From: Chiloscyllium plagiosum
Taxonomy: Eukaryota
Direction: 5' to 3'
Length of the DNA stretch: 64,000 bases
Assembly: GCF_004010195.1 (NCBI RefSeq)
Contig: NC_057718.1
Coordinates: forward strand, 20,524,915-20,588,914
The notes under the pieces were generated by a model. The model was not told the DNA's origin. It was given only the letters and a program-made list of their open reading frames with translations, and searched no databases. Positions 61,991-64,000 of the stretch are shown piece by piece; the first letter of the stretch is position 1; the number at the start of each line of letters is the position of its first letter. Both the position numbers and the translations under genes were made by a program.

Positions 61991-64000
61991 GCAAAACAAA
62001 ACAGAAGGCATCATTTTCCATAAAGAAAGTGAAGAAAGCAAGCAGGTGTGTTTAAGGTTTGTCAGCTGGCATCACTGAGTGGCTGAAAACAATTCTATGC
62101 TGAAATATTGTTTACATGTGCCTCTTCAGTTCAAGTGTATGATTAATGGTGTCCTCCATAGTTTGCTTGTTCTGTACACAGCTAACATGGAATCCTACTG
62201 ACACAAGGGTGCTAGCTTTGAGATCAGTTCTGAGCTGGGCTAGTTTCCCTGGCCAGCGTGACAATCAGCTGTCACTTGTAGCTTCAGTTCTGTGGATTAG
62301 GGAATAGGAGGAAAGTTTGGGGCAAGGGGGCTACTGAGTGGGGAGGGGGTGGAAATAGTGAAATCAGTGAGATTTATCTTCTTATTCAATTAACCCTGTT
62401 GGAACGTGCAAGAGTACAGGCTTGGGTTTGAGGACTAGGTCTGGCGTCGATTATTTTGCTCCAGTGTAAAATATATTTTGATGATGCAGGACTGTTGGAA
62501 CCACAGTCCAACACGTCAATGTTGCTAGAAACTAAACAGTGAACGAGAATTTGTCTTTATACTGCAGTATGGAAATAGGTAGGGAGGAGACATCTATTGG
62601 GGAAGCCTCCGAAGGCATAAACTATTACAATGTTTCAATTCATTTGGATTCCTTTGATGCAACAGCTGAATTGTTGTTCTTCATCTATGACAATATCGGA
62701 TAATGGTAGATCATCGTGGCGAGAAATGTACAACAGCCCAGCTCAATCCAGACCACACCTAGCATCTGGACACATGCATTCAGCAGCTGAAGTGAAGAAT
62801 CGTGAATAACTCTTACCCTGTCTAACTCAGGTTCTCTGAGACCGATTGTAAAGACCCAACTGACCGCACAGACTGAGTTCAAATAACTGAAGTACGGATG
62901 GAGGATCTTCTGGTCTGTATGGTAAAACAACGTACCGAGCATCGTCTTTACTTACAAGTAAGAGGAACTCGGATTATAAAATTAAAAACTGTTTTAAGCA
63001 TTACCATCAGTCAATGCAGTTTGAGTCCAGTGGTAATAATGGAAGTAAGAGAAGAGTATAATCAGATTTATCCATGGAATTGCGCATGCCTCCAAAATGT
63101 ACTTAAATTATTAAATTCCCAAGATGCGCATTCCTTGTATAATATTACCAACTATTATAACTGTGTAATCCGATAACCTTATGTAAATACTCTTTATACT
63201 GTAGTTTCTCAATAACTCATTAATTGTGATCTTGGAGCGCGAGTACATAATTATATAGAACACACTCACTAGTGGCGCCTTCCTTGGAATTACAAAAAGA
63301 GTGGTCATTCAATCATATTTTCTTTTAAAATATATTTTGGGCAAGTATTTCGGTCAGTGGAGTAATGTACACTTGCTGCAAAGCCACTTTCCCGTGATTT
63401 AATTCAGCCAACGAATGTGTGCATTCAGCTTTCTAACCCACTGAAGCAGGTTGTTGTTGTTAGAGCGGCCGTCAACTGTATGGACCCTATCTAATAGCGA
63501 AGTGTCGGACAATGCCTAATAAATCTCTATTAAAACTGGTCGAAAAGGTAACCTTACCACAGTCAATACATTGACTTGATTCTATTTATCCTACATACTG
63601 TGTTCTTTAAAACTTGCTTCACCTCCAAAAACATTAATCGTATTTCCATTCAGAATATTACTTTAAAATAAAGACTTTCAGAAAACAGATTTTTAAAAAA
63701 AATCAAAGCACCAAGGTCCCAGCTTTTAAACTCATATGAATTGAAGGGTAATGCTTAAACTAATCGGAATCCAACTGTGAAGTCAGCTCCACAGAGCAAT
63801 GTCTTGGTGTCAATTACCCAGCTAGAATGGAAACTTATGAGAAAATCTAAATGCAGGCCTATTTATATCTCTATAATGAATAAACAGATATAGGGGTAGA
63901 AAATAAAAGATAAATAGACACGTATATAAACAAACAGATATACAGCTATTACAAAGCTAAACACGTGTAAACGGATGTTATCAGAGAACGAAACTTGCAT

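Noticed and set aside
62685..62942. 85-aa hydrophobic ORF
   Set aside because: No recognisable family and no convincing splice context.

Overview
Eukaryotic, repeat-rich DNA from a cartilaginous fish (shark; inferred from HE1-type SINEs and HER1/CR1 LINEs). The only host gene I can support is the 5' part of an arginase-1-type gene on the minus strand. Coding exons 1-3 lie at 2812-2919, 2637-2709 and 249-423, and the gene runs off the left edge. Exon 1 encodes an Arg-rich extension resembling a mitochondrial presequence. The remaining ~61 kb is upstream or intergenic sequence made of nested transposons: a near full-length CR1 LINE, many CR1 fragments, HE1 and DeuSINE-like SINEs, Tx1/L1 pieces, a Gmr1-type Gypsy relic, a Harbinger transposase relic and Penelope-like elements (PLEs). 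Three observations stand out: (i) tiny, often palindromic and often TSD-flanked PLE-derived inserts carrying minimal hammerhead ribozyme cores; (ii) a chimeric Gypsy-integrase/CR1 unit present three times with the same junction and different 5' truncations; (iii) a young Tx1 insertion with a perfect NF-kB motif ~0.5 kb upstream of the ARG1 start codon. Family names and consensus comparisons are from memory and were not database-checked. Boundaries of degraded repeats are approximate.
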